Shown: positions 38,980 to 52,063 of the stretch, one piece after another
Layout: each line of letters starts with the position of its first letter
How positions within the stretch are numbered: the stretch's first letter is position 1
From: Yuukianura sp. NJ FZ-2021
Lineage: Eukaryota
Assembly: GCA_046563655.1 (NCBI GenBank)
Contig: CM102290.1
Span: forward strand, 4,340,001-4,404,000
Length of the DNA: 64,000 bases
Direction: 5' to 3'
The notes under the pieces: model-generated
What the model was told of the DNA's origin: nothing
Databases searched by the model: none
What the model saw: only the letters and a program-made list of their open reading frames with translations
Made by a program: the position numbers and the translations under genes

Positions 38980-40427
38980 ATGAATCAGTCGAATCCATTC
39001 ATGGTGTTGTTGATACTTATAATTAGTTTATCCATTCAATATGAGGTGGGAACAAGTTGTCTATCTCAAGCGAAGACTCAGAAGAATCGTTGGATTGAGG
39101 TTAATTTCGAAGTGGAAAATACTTTACCATCAAAGTTCATGATTCCACTGGTCATTACTACGTGGGGATTTACAGAAGCCACAAGCGTTGGTAAGTGTTT
39201 TTGATTTATACGTTTTTGTGAATTAGTTTTGTAAAAATTTCTTTCATCATTTTCAGCATGGAATGTGCTAAGTTCTGGAGGATCTGCTTTGGATGCTGTT
39301 GAACACGGATGTTCTAAATGTGAAGAACTCCAGTGTGATCGGACCGTGGGATTTGGTGGAAGCCCGGATGAAAATGGAGAGACGACACTTGATGCCATGA
39401 TTATGGATGGGTGGGTAACTGTTTACGAAGGGCTTAGTAGCCAGTAGTTTTTATGTGCAATAGTTCAACAATATCTTGATTTCACTTTTTACAGAGAAAC
39501 TCATAGCGTAGGTGCTGTTGCCTGTCTAAGAAGAATTAAGCCAGCCATTTCCGTTGCAAGAAAGGTCATGGAACACACAAAGCATTCTATATTAGCTGGC
39601 GACCTTGCTACCGATTTTGCAATTCAAATGGGATTTGTAGAAGAGAGCCTGACAACTCCCGAGTCTCAGCAAATGCACGATAGCTGGAAGAATAACGCGT
39701 GTCAACCTAATTTCTGGAGGAACGTTCAACCAGACCCAGCTCAATCTTGTGGTCCATATTCACCGGTCGATCAGTCACGTCCAGTTGATACCGAGTCACG
39801 CTTTATTGATCGTGACAATCATGACACGATTGGGATGGTCGCAATTGACTCAACCGGGCGCATTGCTTCAGGAGCTTCTTCTAATGGTGCTCGGAACAAA
39901 ATTCCAGGGTGAGGAAAAATCGTAAGATTAACCTAATTTCAACAGATTCTGACGTTAATGGATCTCATTTTACCTCTGCTGTTATGTTTTGCTGATTTCT
40001 TCTCAGACGTGTCGGTGACGCACCAATTGTTGGAGCAGGATCGTACGTCGACAAGGAAGTTGGTGGAGCCGCTGCTACGGGCGATGGTGACGTCATGATG
40101 AGATTCCTGCCAACGTATTTCTCTAAACATTAGCTTTTATTCCTCCGGGATTTTGGATATTACCGGTTATTCTCCTTTCTCATTTTTAGGCTAATCACCG
40201 TGGAAAACATGAAGAATAACATGAGTCCAAGGGCTGCGGCTCAAGATGCTTTAGCAAGAATTGCAAGATTTTATCCCACCTTCCGTGGCGGAATTGTTGC
40301 TGCCAACATCAATGGAGAATTTGGAGCTGCCTGTCATGGCCTTCCCGACGGGTTTCCCTTCACTGTTATGAATTCAACAATGGATTCTATTTTTGTGGGA
40401 AATGTTCCCTGCTCTCTAAATCTGTAA
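38980..40427 (+). CDS. AGA: N(4)-(beta-N-acetylglucosaminyl)-L-asparaginase (aspartylglucosaminidase)
   Basis: Exons 38980-39190, 39257-39410, 39495-39908, 40007-40114, 40190-40427. Hydrophobic signal peptide, [37 protein letters not shown], autoproteolysis site HDTIGM, IPGRVGD, AATGDGD. Confidence 0.96.
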
Positions 40428-40809
40428 TCGTGACCGTGACTACTTGATAAATTAATTTCTTTATTCGAAAGTTCTGATCCGGAAAACCGTTTCACAACCA
40501 TTACCTAGTTTTCATTTTACTTCAGTGATTCCCGACTTTTCATAAAGGAATTTCAAGAGTTTTTGTCAATAGCGGCATAGTTTTAAAAACACTTCAGAAA
40601 GTTCTTGCGGTTCGTCATCAACCGCACAGATAGCCCATTGTACATCAAAAAAGTGACAAAAAAGTGGTAGGAAGGTCACGAAGGTCATTTCTTCTCCTTG
40701 GTAATAACTTTCCACTTTCGCACTCCATGAGTTGACATGGACGTGTGGATGGTGTGATGATGGCACATTCCGTTGGTTGATGAACGAAGATGAAATGGCC
40801 ACTGACAAG

Positions 40810-41020
40810 TTGGCTGATGAAATTTGCAAAGGACATGTCCGCATTTGCCTATGCTTTGGATTCCTCTGGGCCCAATGGGAGTTTTGCATTGTGCGAGATG
40901 GGAGAATAACATGGAGTTTTTCTCCCATTCATTTCTCTCATCTCATCTCCTATCTCGCGTAATGCATTTCCTCGCGAGGGCCCAGGACTGTACAAATGCG
41001 GACTTGTCCTTTGCGGCCGA
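40810..41020 (+). ncRNA. candidate long hairpin RNA element (hpRNA/pri-miRNA-like or structured AGA 3' UTR)
   Basis: Nested arms: 40826-40847 pairs with 40993-41014 (21/22), 40866-40873 with 40978-40985 (8/8), 40885-40905 with 40946-40966 (21/21 including 3 G:U on the + strand). Confidence 0.5.
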
Positions 41021-41589
41021 TACAATCAAATTGGAGAGCATGCTTCCAGACAAATTAAAGTCAGGGAAGAACGGTGCTCAGAAGTAAAGAAGACGCAAAC
41101 AAACCCTCGAAGAACAAAAACAATCAAGTAAGCATGTACTAAGAGTATATCGAAGCTATCAAAAAATCACTTTACGTAAAAATTCTACCATAATTTCACA
41201 AATTCCTGAGGTTAACATGGGATTTCGGAGAGGGGACTCTAGAAAATAAAAAATACTCATATCTAAAAACGTTCTATTTTTAAATTATTTTTCATTAGAT
41301 TGGCGGATTTTCCTGTTGGTTACCAATATAAATACTGAAAAGTATGTAAAAGTTCAAAAAAGAATTTTTTTTTTAATAAATCGGCGTAGCACTGTTTCTT
41401 TGGATTGGTCTTTTCGAAAGTTTGAGAAATTGTTCGAATTTGGAATTTTTGGCGAGTAGATTAGGTTTCGGAATCCCGAATTACAAATTTTCACGCAGTC
41501 GAAATCTTGACATGTGAAAAAAAAAACAGCAGGACATGTGGATCTTTTCAAAAAATTGAGGAAAAACTTGATGCTAGATATTGTCTTTT

Positions 41590-43440
41590 CAAAATTCCTA
41601 AACATCCTTTACATTTTTTGAAAGTTTCTCACGAAGAGATTAGCTCTTTATCGTTTCCCCTTCTCGAGATATAAATTTTCAAACTTATATTTTAATTTTC
41701 AAAAATTTTAAAAAAATCATATCTCGTGAATGAAACGCGATAGGAAGGTAAACTCTTCGCTCCTGAATTTACAAAAATATGTAGTATTTTAAGAAATTTT
41801 AGAAAGGTACCCTCAGATTTTGACCAAATGGTTTTTTTTTTCAAAATTTGACGAAAAACTTGACGTTCGATTTTGGATTTTTCAAAATTGCTAAAAATTC
41901 TTCATATATATTGAAAGTTTGTCGCGAAGATATTAGGTCTTTATCGCTTTCCGTTCCTGAGATATACATTTTCAAAATTTTATTTTAATTTTCAAAAACT
42001 TTAAAAATTCATATCTCGGGAATGGAAAGCGATAGAGAGGTAAGCTCTTCACTCCTGAATTCACAAAAATATGAAGTATTTTTAGAAATATTAAAAAGGT
42101 ACCCTCAGATTTTGGCCAAATTTCGAAAAAATCCATGGACTATAGTCCATGTCGTTCCGTGTCCGTTTCAAAATTTGACACGAAAGGAACTTCCGTTCGA
42201 TTTTTGAGTCCATTTTCAAACACGGACGTAACGGAACGAAAATTCACGATATTTTCAAAATTGACAAAAAAGTGTCTTTTGGTGCGTGGAAATGGAGTTC
42301 CGTTTGAGCGCCTGTTTTCCCTTGAATCATTTTCATTACTGCTTAACTCCAAAGCACATTAGAATGAACCCAAAAAAAAATTAGGAGTGTGTTTCGTTGA
42401 AAAGCATCTAAATAATCTAAAGTTTTGCATTTAACATGTGACTTAACGTTAAAATAAATACGAATTTCGTGTCCCGTGTCGTTTCGTTTCGTGTCGGTAT
42501 CGTGTCCGTTTCGTATCCGTTTCCAATCCAAAAAGGACCGTATCGTTTCGTGTCTGGACTCCTGTTTATGTCGTATTTTTAGAAATATTAAAAAGGTACC
42601 CTCAGATTTTGGCCAAATTTCGAAAAAATCCATGGACTATAGTCCATGGTTTTTTTCAAAATTTGACGAAAAACTTGATGTTCGATTTTTGAGTTTTCAA
42701 AATTTCTAAAAATTCATCATATTTATTGAAAGTTTTTCGCAAAGAGATTAGGCCTCTAGAGGTTTCCGTTCTTGAGATAAGAATTTTCAAAATTTTATTT
42801 TAATTTTCAAAAACTTTAAAAATTCATATCTCGGGAATGGAAAGCGATAGAGAGGTAAGCTCTTCACTCCTGAATTCACAAAAATATGAAGTATTTTTAG
42901 AAATATTAAAAAGGTACCCTCAGATTTTGGCCAAATTTCGAAAAAATCCATGGACTATAGTCCATGGTTTTTTTTCAAAATTTGACGAAAAACTTGATGT
43001 TCGATTTTTGAGTTTTCAAAATTTCTAAAAATTCATCATATTTATTGAAAGTTTTTCGCAAAGAGATTAGGCCTCTAGAGGTTTCCGTTCTTGAGATAAG
43101 AATTTTCAAAATTTTATTTTAATTTTCAAAAACTTTAAAAATTCATAACTCGGGAACGGAAGGTTATAGAGAGGTAAAATCTTCACTCCTGAATTCACAA
43201 AAATATGGAGTATTTTTAGAAATATTAAAAAGGTACCCTCAGATTTTGGCCAAATTTCGAAAAAAAAGCTTGAAATATAGTCCATGGTTTTTTTTTTAGT
43301 TTGACGAAAAACTGAATGTCCGATTTTAGAGTTTTCAATATTTCTAAAAATTCTTCATGTGTATTCCAGATATAAATTTTCAAAATTTAAGTTAATTATC
43401 AGAAACTTTAAAAATTCATATCTCGCGAACGAAAGGCGAT
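41590..43440 (+). repeat. tandem array of the ~318-bp palindromic repeat with one interrupted unit
   Basis: Landmark ggtaccctcagatttt recurs at 41806, 42098, 42595, 42913 and ~43232. Palindrome core at 42131, 42628 and 42946. Units at 42595-43230 are near identical. Confidence 0.93.
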
Positions 43441-44254
43441 GGAATTTTCACGGATTTAAACAGAAAATCAGTTCAGCTTTGAGTTAGTTGGGTTAAAATA
43501 TGGAATTCCTTTTATTCTGAATTTTTGTTCTTTACATTTTTCAATATAAATTCACTTTTCCGCGTTAGTATTAAAAGTGCTCATATTTAAAATGTTGGAG
43601 ACTGGTAGAATTTATGTACAAGAATCTTTGTAAAATTTTGGATTTGGGAATATGAAATTCGAAAATGTTTTTCCTGTATTCGTGTGGGAAGAGGTGCAAT
43701 TGTACTTGACTTGCATATTAGCAGTTTTATACTAAGAACTAACATACTGGATATGTAAGAATAGGACAAAAGGGGATGTCCCGGGGTTTGTCTCCCGTGG
43801 CGGAAATGTTGTCAATATTGCAAACCACCAATAACACTGAAGCCAATCAAGCATACTGCAGTAGATAGTTGCCACATAATACAGCGAAAATATTTTCAGT
43901 CACATACACAAAGTATTATCTTAATAAATTATTGATTATTAATTGGTTTGCTATAGCAGACTAACAAACTAAAGCCATTTTTCTTGTTTTGGAAATTAAG
44001 GAATAAGGGGCGAACGTGATTCACCCGGATCCGCACGTTTTTCGTTGCAACAAATATTAAAATTGGCACTAATTAATTGTGAAGCGAAGTTCACAAAAGT
44101 CATGAAAACAAAAACAAGAGTAAACTATATAAGTGACAAAAAAGCCATTCACACTCAACACGATGATCTATAAATACCATGCAGTTGATTGGAATCGTCA
44201 GTTTTCCCGTAAAGAAGAAGTTCGTTTGGTAATTAGCAATCATGTACACCAGTT

Positions 44255-47200
44255 TTAGACGGCTTCAGCAGGACTCTGGAATTCGCTTAGAGCTTGGATC
44301 GGATTCTGAGGTTTCTTCTGAGATCCGCGACGAACTTTGGCTCTAACTTCTTCTGGTTTTTCACGGCGGACCAATGGTTTCTTTTCTGGAGCCTTCATCT
44401 TCCAAACCACAATTGGCAACTGGAAACAAAAAAAAACAGTTAAGCGTTTTGTGAAACTTTCTGACTTGTCAGATCATTCCCCACTGAAAAAAAATCACAC
44501 GAACAGTGTAAAACGTGGGAAATGTAAAACAGGAAACGTTAGTGGCAAGTGGAACAACACGCTTGGTTTAATCGGATTTAAAAGACAAGAAGAGTACCAG
44601 CGAGACCCAATAAAGCAGAGAACAAGACCGTGTGACTGGGAAATAAAAGTAAATGGCATTAAATCCATCAAACTCTTTTGTGGCAGTTTTCTAATCTCAC
44701 AGAAATACTGTAAAATGAAACATATCCTTTGTTGCCAATTACTACATACGTATATACGGTCAAAAACTGTTATGCGGGATTCCAAAATACAAAATTAGGC
44801 TTGCTTACCGAGACTGTTCCTTGTCTGGGATATTTAGTGGAAGCAACGTATGAGGCTTTCACAGTAAGTACGACAGCATTCATTAAGTTCTTTGCGGCTT
44901 GAATCAGCGACGTAGCAGAGTCCAGCTGAAATAGAGACGACGTTGTAATTTCGTGTGCCAAAGGTGGATTAAACAACAAACATGAATAGAATATATCATT
45001 ACCCCTGAAACAATCAGTTCTCCACTAATGTTTTGAACGTCGGCTTTCACTTTGGAAGTGATGTTAAGCTGATGACAATAAAGTGCAATACGCTGCAGAT
45101 AAGCCAACAAATCCTTCTTCGTTGAAGACTCTGGACATTGGTCCGCAATTTGTCGAGCTAACTTGTCCAGCTTTGTTCCTGCCTCTGAAATCTTCTTGGC
45201 TGCATTAATGACGTCCATTGTGGTTTTCAGCGGTCCACGTCCTCTGCAATAAGTGTGAACAAATCAAATGAGATACATTGTTACTGTTTTCTGAAAGACT
45301 AAAGTAACCAGTACCTGGTAAAGTCAGTCATTTCCATCATAATCATGCACATATGTTTTGCAATAACAATGATATCATTGCCAGTGTCGTCCCACTTGGC
45401 AACTTCTCTGTCAAACTTCAACTTTTCGGTACGGAAGCTTTCTACTTGCTGCGCAATCCTCTCTTTGTCCTCCTCAGTCATCTTTCTCATAGCCTCCTGC
45501 AGAACCAGAACGAATTAATATATATTAAAAACCTAGCTCTGGCCTCTTCTTGAGGTAACTGCAGCGTAATCTCACAACGACTTACCCTTGCGGTCGTAAT
45601 TCCACTGATGTCAGGGTATTCATCAACTGCATGATCTGCTGGTTGAGTTGCTGCGAAAAAAAAATGAAACGGCATTAACTATGTAGGACAATGAGATAAA
45701 CATACTTCTGACTAACAAGACATACATTTTTTGCTTCCAGTATCAGTGTAAGGCTCGTCAAATTCGACATCATCTGGATCCAATTCATCGTCAGCCTAAA
45801 ACAAAGAAAATAATGTCATACGGAAATACTGTGATAAGTAAAGGAATCGAACAAACAAGATAATACCAGGAAGACATACCCGGTTCATCAAAACAGCCCG
45901 GCGAATTTCACGAACCCCATCATACACAAGGCGAGAGGCATCAATGAATTCATTCTCGTCAACATCTTTCGCTGGATTTGATGACAAGGCTTCAACCGCA
46001 ACTTCGACCCGTTGTGCAAAATTCGGCATCACTAAATCAAATTATACATAATTCATTATTGGTCAAGTTCGTTACTGGTTCAGCTCAGTTGTATTCCATC
46101 TAACCTTGATCACGAAGAACCTTGACAGCCTCAAGTACTCGCTCTACATAGCCAACTCCTGATTCGTATATACTCATCTCCGCAGTAACAACATTTGATA
46201 CACGAGCTGCTCTCCCACGTATTGCTCCAGCCGTTCTATCCAGTGAATCTGCATCTCCTTCTTGCAAAGCCAAAACGCACTGCAAAATATTTTAAGTGTT
46301 ACAGAAGGAAAGTGAAAAATAAACACAGCGAAAATAAAATAATAATATATGTACCTTGTTGACATCTTCCAAGATATGGTTCTCTGAAACATGAAAGAAA
46401 TGTAGAAACGTTGTTAACATAAATTAGGGACGTCGAAAGAAACACAACATAAACGCAAAGTGTATTTTACCTGAGACAGCAAGAAAGTCATCAATGGTAG
46501 TAATATCGTCAACAGCTTCCGTAAGAATCCTGACCTGGTTTTCCCATGCTTCCCGAAATACTTCCATGTTCTCCAATGCGACTTTTGATTTCGGACGTGC
46601 GGCTAAGATTCTAGCCGCGTTGATAACTTGGGGACACAAATTATCAATCTGGGAAGCGGCGTATCTCACCATTTTGACACCATCTTCATTGCCTGACATA
46701 CTGCACGCCAGGTTAGCGACCTACACATAACGGATATAATAAAGTTGAAGTTCAGTGAAGCTTGACATTCATATTCTGAACAAAAACTGATTAATTAGTA
46801 CGTATAAGTCGTCCATTACCTCCACCAACTTGTTTGCATGTTCGGTAAAGACTTGGGCATAGTCTTCTACTTCCTTCTCATTCCCTGCTTTAGCTGCCTC
46901 AATCAGAACGAGTAGTGGTACGCTTGTTTCCAGAAAGCTGAAAAGTAACAAATTAGTGTGATTAACGAGGTACAGAACTTTTTGTGTCTCAGGTATTACA
47001 ATTAAATTGTGAAAAGAAACCCATACCTGTCAGATACGTGATCCACGACCGCTTTTCTCAGCTGCCGTCTCAAATCCCTAGTTTTCCGGCACATATGCGA
47101 AATGGCATGGTCTAATGTGTCATTCTTGTCCTTCTTTCCCATCTTCATAACAGAAAATGGCTTAAATTCAAGGCCCAACTTCAAGTAATCATAAGAAGAT

Positions 47201-48584
47201 TAGTATCTCTTTTTTACATTTGCCATGTATTCAGACAACAAGTCCTGTAGGGCCTGTCGAACAGCATTACATTCCGCCACAATACGTTCACGCCTTTCAT
47301 CTCGAGTGCACGAAGAATCAGCCATAAGTGCCGCTCCACTGATGATGGATTCCAGTCTTTCTTCTAATGATGGACGGGTTCTTCCCTCATTGTACTGAAG
47401 TGGTTCCATAATAATTCGTTCCTAAAGTGAAAATGAACTTTACACATCTGGACCATTTATGTTGTACATGCAAAAGTAAAATTCGAAATTACATCAAAGT
47501 CATCCAATGCGGCAGCGAGTTCTCCAGGTCCATCATAAGGATGTCCACCAATGCCTGCTCTTCCCTGTGCAACATCCGAAATTGTGTTTACTGCTTCACA
47601 CACTTGACGAAAAACGAAGTCTCGATTGGCTTTGGCGGCAGCGAGTTCAGGATGTCGGACATAAACTTTCGATGCTGTCAACAACATTGTGGAATGTTTC
47701 TTGAGAAGCGCACGAGCTGCAGCCAAGTCATCCCTCAATTGGGGATCCTTGAGTTCTTGTTGCCGCTTTGCAGCCGCCTGCATTAGCTCGTTTGCATTTC
47801 TGCCGAAAGCCCGAATGCTGTCCATCAGCTCCCCTTGACTTGATGCATTTTTCAGCTTCTCGAGATCGTCTTCCACCTAGAATAGAAACGAAGTTAGTCA
47901 TGAGGACTCAATTGTAACACAAACACTCACGCATGCTAAAACAGTTGACACTCAAAACTTACAACGCGCAGCGATTTCAGAAGAAGATGTACATCCACCA
48001 TATCGGCTAGAATAAGCAGACGAGTCACAGCTGATAGCAAGTTCCGAGCAGCTCGGACCATATTCCCTCGTTTCAGAGACGAGCACGGGTCATCTGCAAA
48101 CTCTCGAGCCGCAATGCTCATGGCTTCGCCTACACGAACGATTTCATTTAATTAAGTAAAAGAAACCCTAACTAACTCTCCAAAATTGACGAAATTCTTA
48201 CCAGTTTTCCTGACTTCGTCAACAGCGGCCAACATCTCCTGCTTAATATCTGGATTTTCATGTGCAATTTGTTCTCCTCGCTCAATAAAATTCTCCGTGG
48301 CCTTTTCTACTGCCGCTACCAACACATGAGCACGCTTGGAACGTCCTTTCTTCTTTTTCGATGGTCCTTTTGTGTTCACGAGAGTGGTAACCTTTGCAAA
48401 TAATTCCATAATTAACCGTGACTAAGAGTATACTGCCAGGATAATAGTAAACAACTGTTACCTGCATAACCAATGGTTCCAGTGTCAACTCCACAGTGCG
48501 GGTTCGAATCTCCAGGTTCTTTGGGTCCCACTTCAATACGATTTGACCCGTTGGTTCAGCTTCTGAACCGTAACCGAGCGCCAT
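44255..48584 (-). CDS. alpha-Cat: alpha-catenin
   Basis: Multi-exon chain from ATG 48584 (LKWDPKNLEIRTRTVELTLEPLVMQVTTLV) through EFADDPCSSLKRGNMVRAARNLLSAVTRLLILAD, WDDTGNDIIVIAK, LDSATSLIQAAKNLMNAVV to EFQSPAEAV-TAA at 44255. Confidence 0.97.
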
Positions 48585-51500
48585 GTCTACTTAAAAGCGT
48601 TGATCTTGAATCCTGAAAAGATGAAGATTCAAATCAGAAGAAACTCGAAAGTATATTTACAACGATCTAACTTAATAACTTGCCTAACAAGAATAGAAAA
48701 TGATCAAGTTCTACACTAAACACTAACTCGCTGGTGACTGGATAGCGTAGTGACTATGTCGTTAACTTCACTTTAAATATAGGCGAATTCAGCCATGACT
48801 CACCAGAGGCATACATACCTCTAGGGTGATGTCACCGGAGATACTTAAAAGGAAAAGTTAACGTTAAAATAAGGATGTCTAAATACCCCATAAATCTTTA
48901 TCCCTAATAATAATATAATTATTGAAGTTATTGTTATTTAGTACGTTGATTTCTGCAGCTTGCGAATGCGAATGTTTTGGCTAAAAAGCTAAATATTCAC
49001 ATTCTTTGCCCAATTGAAACAAATACTTTGATCGAAACATTCTTCCATGTCAAAAACAGAACCTAGTCAATAATCCATCGCTGACCTTCGAGAGACAAAC
49101 CTGTCCATTTTCAATACATATTTGAATGTAATAATAACTTCGTTACTAAACCTGCTTACATAAAGAAGCACTTACCAATTGGAAAGTTAGAATGGAGCCG
49201 GGCCGATTTCTGCGTATGGTTGGCACTGATTGAATAGTTAACGTATTGAAGTCTTCAGTCTTGAGACCGGAAAGGTCACGGACGTCCACAAGAATACAAC
49301 CAGCCGAACAGCGAAGTGATTTGTTCTCAATTAAAGTATTTGTTTGATTTTTCGGAATCCAAATGAAATTGTTGAGACTGAAGACATGACGAGTGCGGAA
49401 GAGCCGATACAGGGCGGTGTCATCCCCTGCTACAAGCACTTACAGTCTCTACACACTATAATTCCCCCCTAGGCCATCCCACCCCACTGCTATAACATAT
49501 CCCCCCCCCCCCCAAATAAAGGGGTGAGCTCCCCTCCGTCAACAAAACCCATAGTCATAGCATGGAGTGGAGGTGCTAAGAACCACTTAATCACTAACAC
49601 TTCCGCTTAAGGACTCACCAATACACACTCATCCATACCAATCCGTCACTGTAACCAAGTTACTCAGAAGAGACATAAGTCACCTCTTCCCTACCCGTGG
49701 CATTTATCATTAAAAAGAGGCTGCTCTTGAATGCAAATAAAATTATACTCTTACGCAAGGCACACCGCTTCACCGCTTCGATTTGCAGTGAAAATGATTG
49801 ACTTCGTTAATTTTCCCTAATCTTCAATAATTTATGTCCAATTAATCCGAAACACAACACTAAAGATACAAAATTATTATTTTTTTTTTTTTGGAAAATA
49901 AAGCAAATTGTGCACTACTTATAGTGGCGTCATAAGTAAAAATAAGGAAAAGGACAGATGAGACGCATTTTCGGCGTTAAGTTTAGTTTACTATTAAAAT
50001 GTTAGGTTCCCCAAAGTTTTAGAGAACAGTTATTGTAAATCACTGTATAAAATATTCCGCATTGATCAACTAAATAAATCCATAGTTTCAGGGTAAACGA
50101 ATACCACTCAAAAAGTATAAGTTAACAAATGAATAGGGGAGACCTTAAAAAAATCATGCTATGTCAATAAGGCTATAATCGTACAATTATAAATACAGAT
50201 CGGTTAGATTTTCTAAAAGACAAAAAGAGTTGTTCTACCGTACTTATTCAAATTGGCTAAATTAATTGTAACGGGAAAAATTATGTGGGTGAAAAAGTAA
50301 ACAAAAGTATGTTCTAGCGTTTACAAATTGAGGCTAAAATCCCCCAACAAAACAAAAACGTTATTCATCCTCGCCTATTAGCAAACAATGGATTTAAATT
50401 TATCAATTATTAAACTAATAGAAATCATAAGTAGCTCACTTATCCATAATATGAACACAATTCGCCAACGACAATGTTTTCCTTGGTATAACTTCAAATT
50501 AGGATTAGAAAAAAATCATTGTTAATCTACCCCATCGAAACTAATGTATTGACAACGTCCTATGACAATCATCTGTACTGCACGGACAACTACAAAACCG
50601 TACTTAATTACTTCGAATCGTGTGTAAACTGAAGCGTATTGGGATATACAGGTACTTTTGTCACAAAGTTTGTTTGAATATCCACTAAACAATAATGGCC
50701 CCTGCCTCCAGACAAACCAATAAGTATCGACCGAAATTGCCAACTTTATCAAAACTAGAGTTCAAAGGTCACCTTCATTGCAATGATAAGGCTAAGGTTA
50801 AACCTAATTATTAATCTACTCTTCACAACTGTTAAGTCCTACAAATGGAAACTTTAGAAATAAACAAGAACAGCAACTCAACTTAGCAAATTTGAAATAA
50901 TATATTTAAATTCAACTACCGTGGTTAAAATAATAACAAAATATTCAATCAAAAAGTAAATCAACTCCGACACATTTTCTCGTATGCCCTCAATTGACAA
51001 AAATCACAATTAATCACCGTTAAATAAATAAGAACATGAGGTGCCTACACTTGCATACTAGTATTGAGATTAATAAAGTGAATATTGATCTAAGCCAGAA
51101 CACAGGGTTACTTACAACAACTAAAGCTAAACAATGTTCACAGTGGATTGTAGACTAATACGAAGGGCACTGTAGCATAACTTGAAGATTCTGCTTAAGC
51201 ATTTCACCTGGAACGACTACACGGATGGACACCTTTGCGGTAAATCATTACTTTTAACATTTCAGCGTGGAAAAATTTGGACACATCGTATGTACATGTT
51301 CACTTGAGCAAATAACGGAAACGGTTAAAATGCTACTTAATACTCAAGACAATTGAGTAAGAATAAGTTAGTTATACATATGGTAGTTCAGCTTTAGCAG
51401 CAGCAGTGTTACGTTGCAAAGTCTTAAAAGCTAAATAGTAAAGAAATATCCAGGATTTCATATAATGAGCCTTTCGTTTCATCAACTCACATTAATTAAC

Positions 51501-52063
51501 TACCTGCCCTTAAACATTAACAAAATATTAGTCGATAGACATTTGACAATGGAATGCTTCCTTAGGTAACATACTCATTCAGTTTAACTTCATAATTACA
51601 AATAAACAGCGTGACTGGTTGACAGGGCTCACTTTGAGGAGGAATAAAAGCGACATACAAAATGGAAGATCCGTGAAAAATAATCCTAACAGTGTGACCG
51701 CGGACCGAGGATGTAGGGAATATTGTTATACAACACGAGGTAGATACACTATTACATATTCAACTGTAACTGAGCATTTAAGAGGGTGAATTAATTAGAG
51801 TTAAGAAGAGCAATCATCAGGCGGCTGAACATTGAAGAATATTCACGTGTTTCTCGGACTTAAACATTGCTGGAAACGAATTTTAAGGGAAAAGCCCAAA
51901 TTCAAAAATTTTGTCCTAGAAGAAGTCCCCATTTGAGTTCACTTGATTCCTTGGATAAATAACCTCATCTTCGCCAAGTTTGAAAATATTTAGTAATATT
52001 TCTACGTCATTTTCGTGTTCTTTCGAATAGATGCGAGCTCAATAAGGGAAGAGCATCATGGTA

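Noticed and set aside
40790..40850. Hammerhead ribozyme suggested by CTGATGA at ~40814 and a nearby GAAA
   Set aside because: Cannot build stems I-III with a correctly placed GAAA and NUH cleavage site.
40831..41010. p53 half-sites ggacatgtcc and ggacttgtcc
   Set aside because: Isolated half-sites ~170 bp apart that are simply the two arms of the inverted repeat.
40850..41020. BH3-like peptide LREIGDEM on the minus strand and other ORFs at 40.5-41.1 kb
   Set aside because: The frame is closed by stops on both sides with no supported gene model; the sequence is better explained as a hairpin arm.
42022..43028. Repeated ORFs MESDREVSSSLLNSQ... (also at 28667-28903)
   Set aside because: Chance translation of the non-coding repeat; no transposase motifs.
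41590..43440. CRISPR-like array (recurring 24-bp palindrome)
   Set aside because: The intervening ~294-bp segments are near identical rather than unique spacers; eukaryotic context with no cas genes.
44495..44785. Alternative exon or ORF in the last alpha-catenin intron
   Set aside because: The best acceptor-donor pair gives 38 nt (not a multiple of 3) and no recognisable peptide.
45700..45726. Second gtatgt donor 20 nt downstream in alpha-catenin
   Set aside because: Use would include an in-frame TAG and shift the frame; no evidence it is used.
48495..48520. tRNA T-arm-like ggttcgaatc
   Set aside because: Lies antisense within an alpha-catenin coding exon; no cloverleaf.
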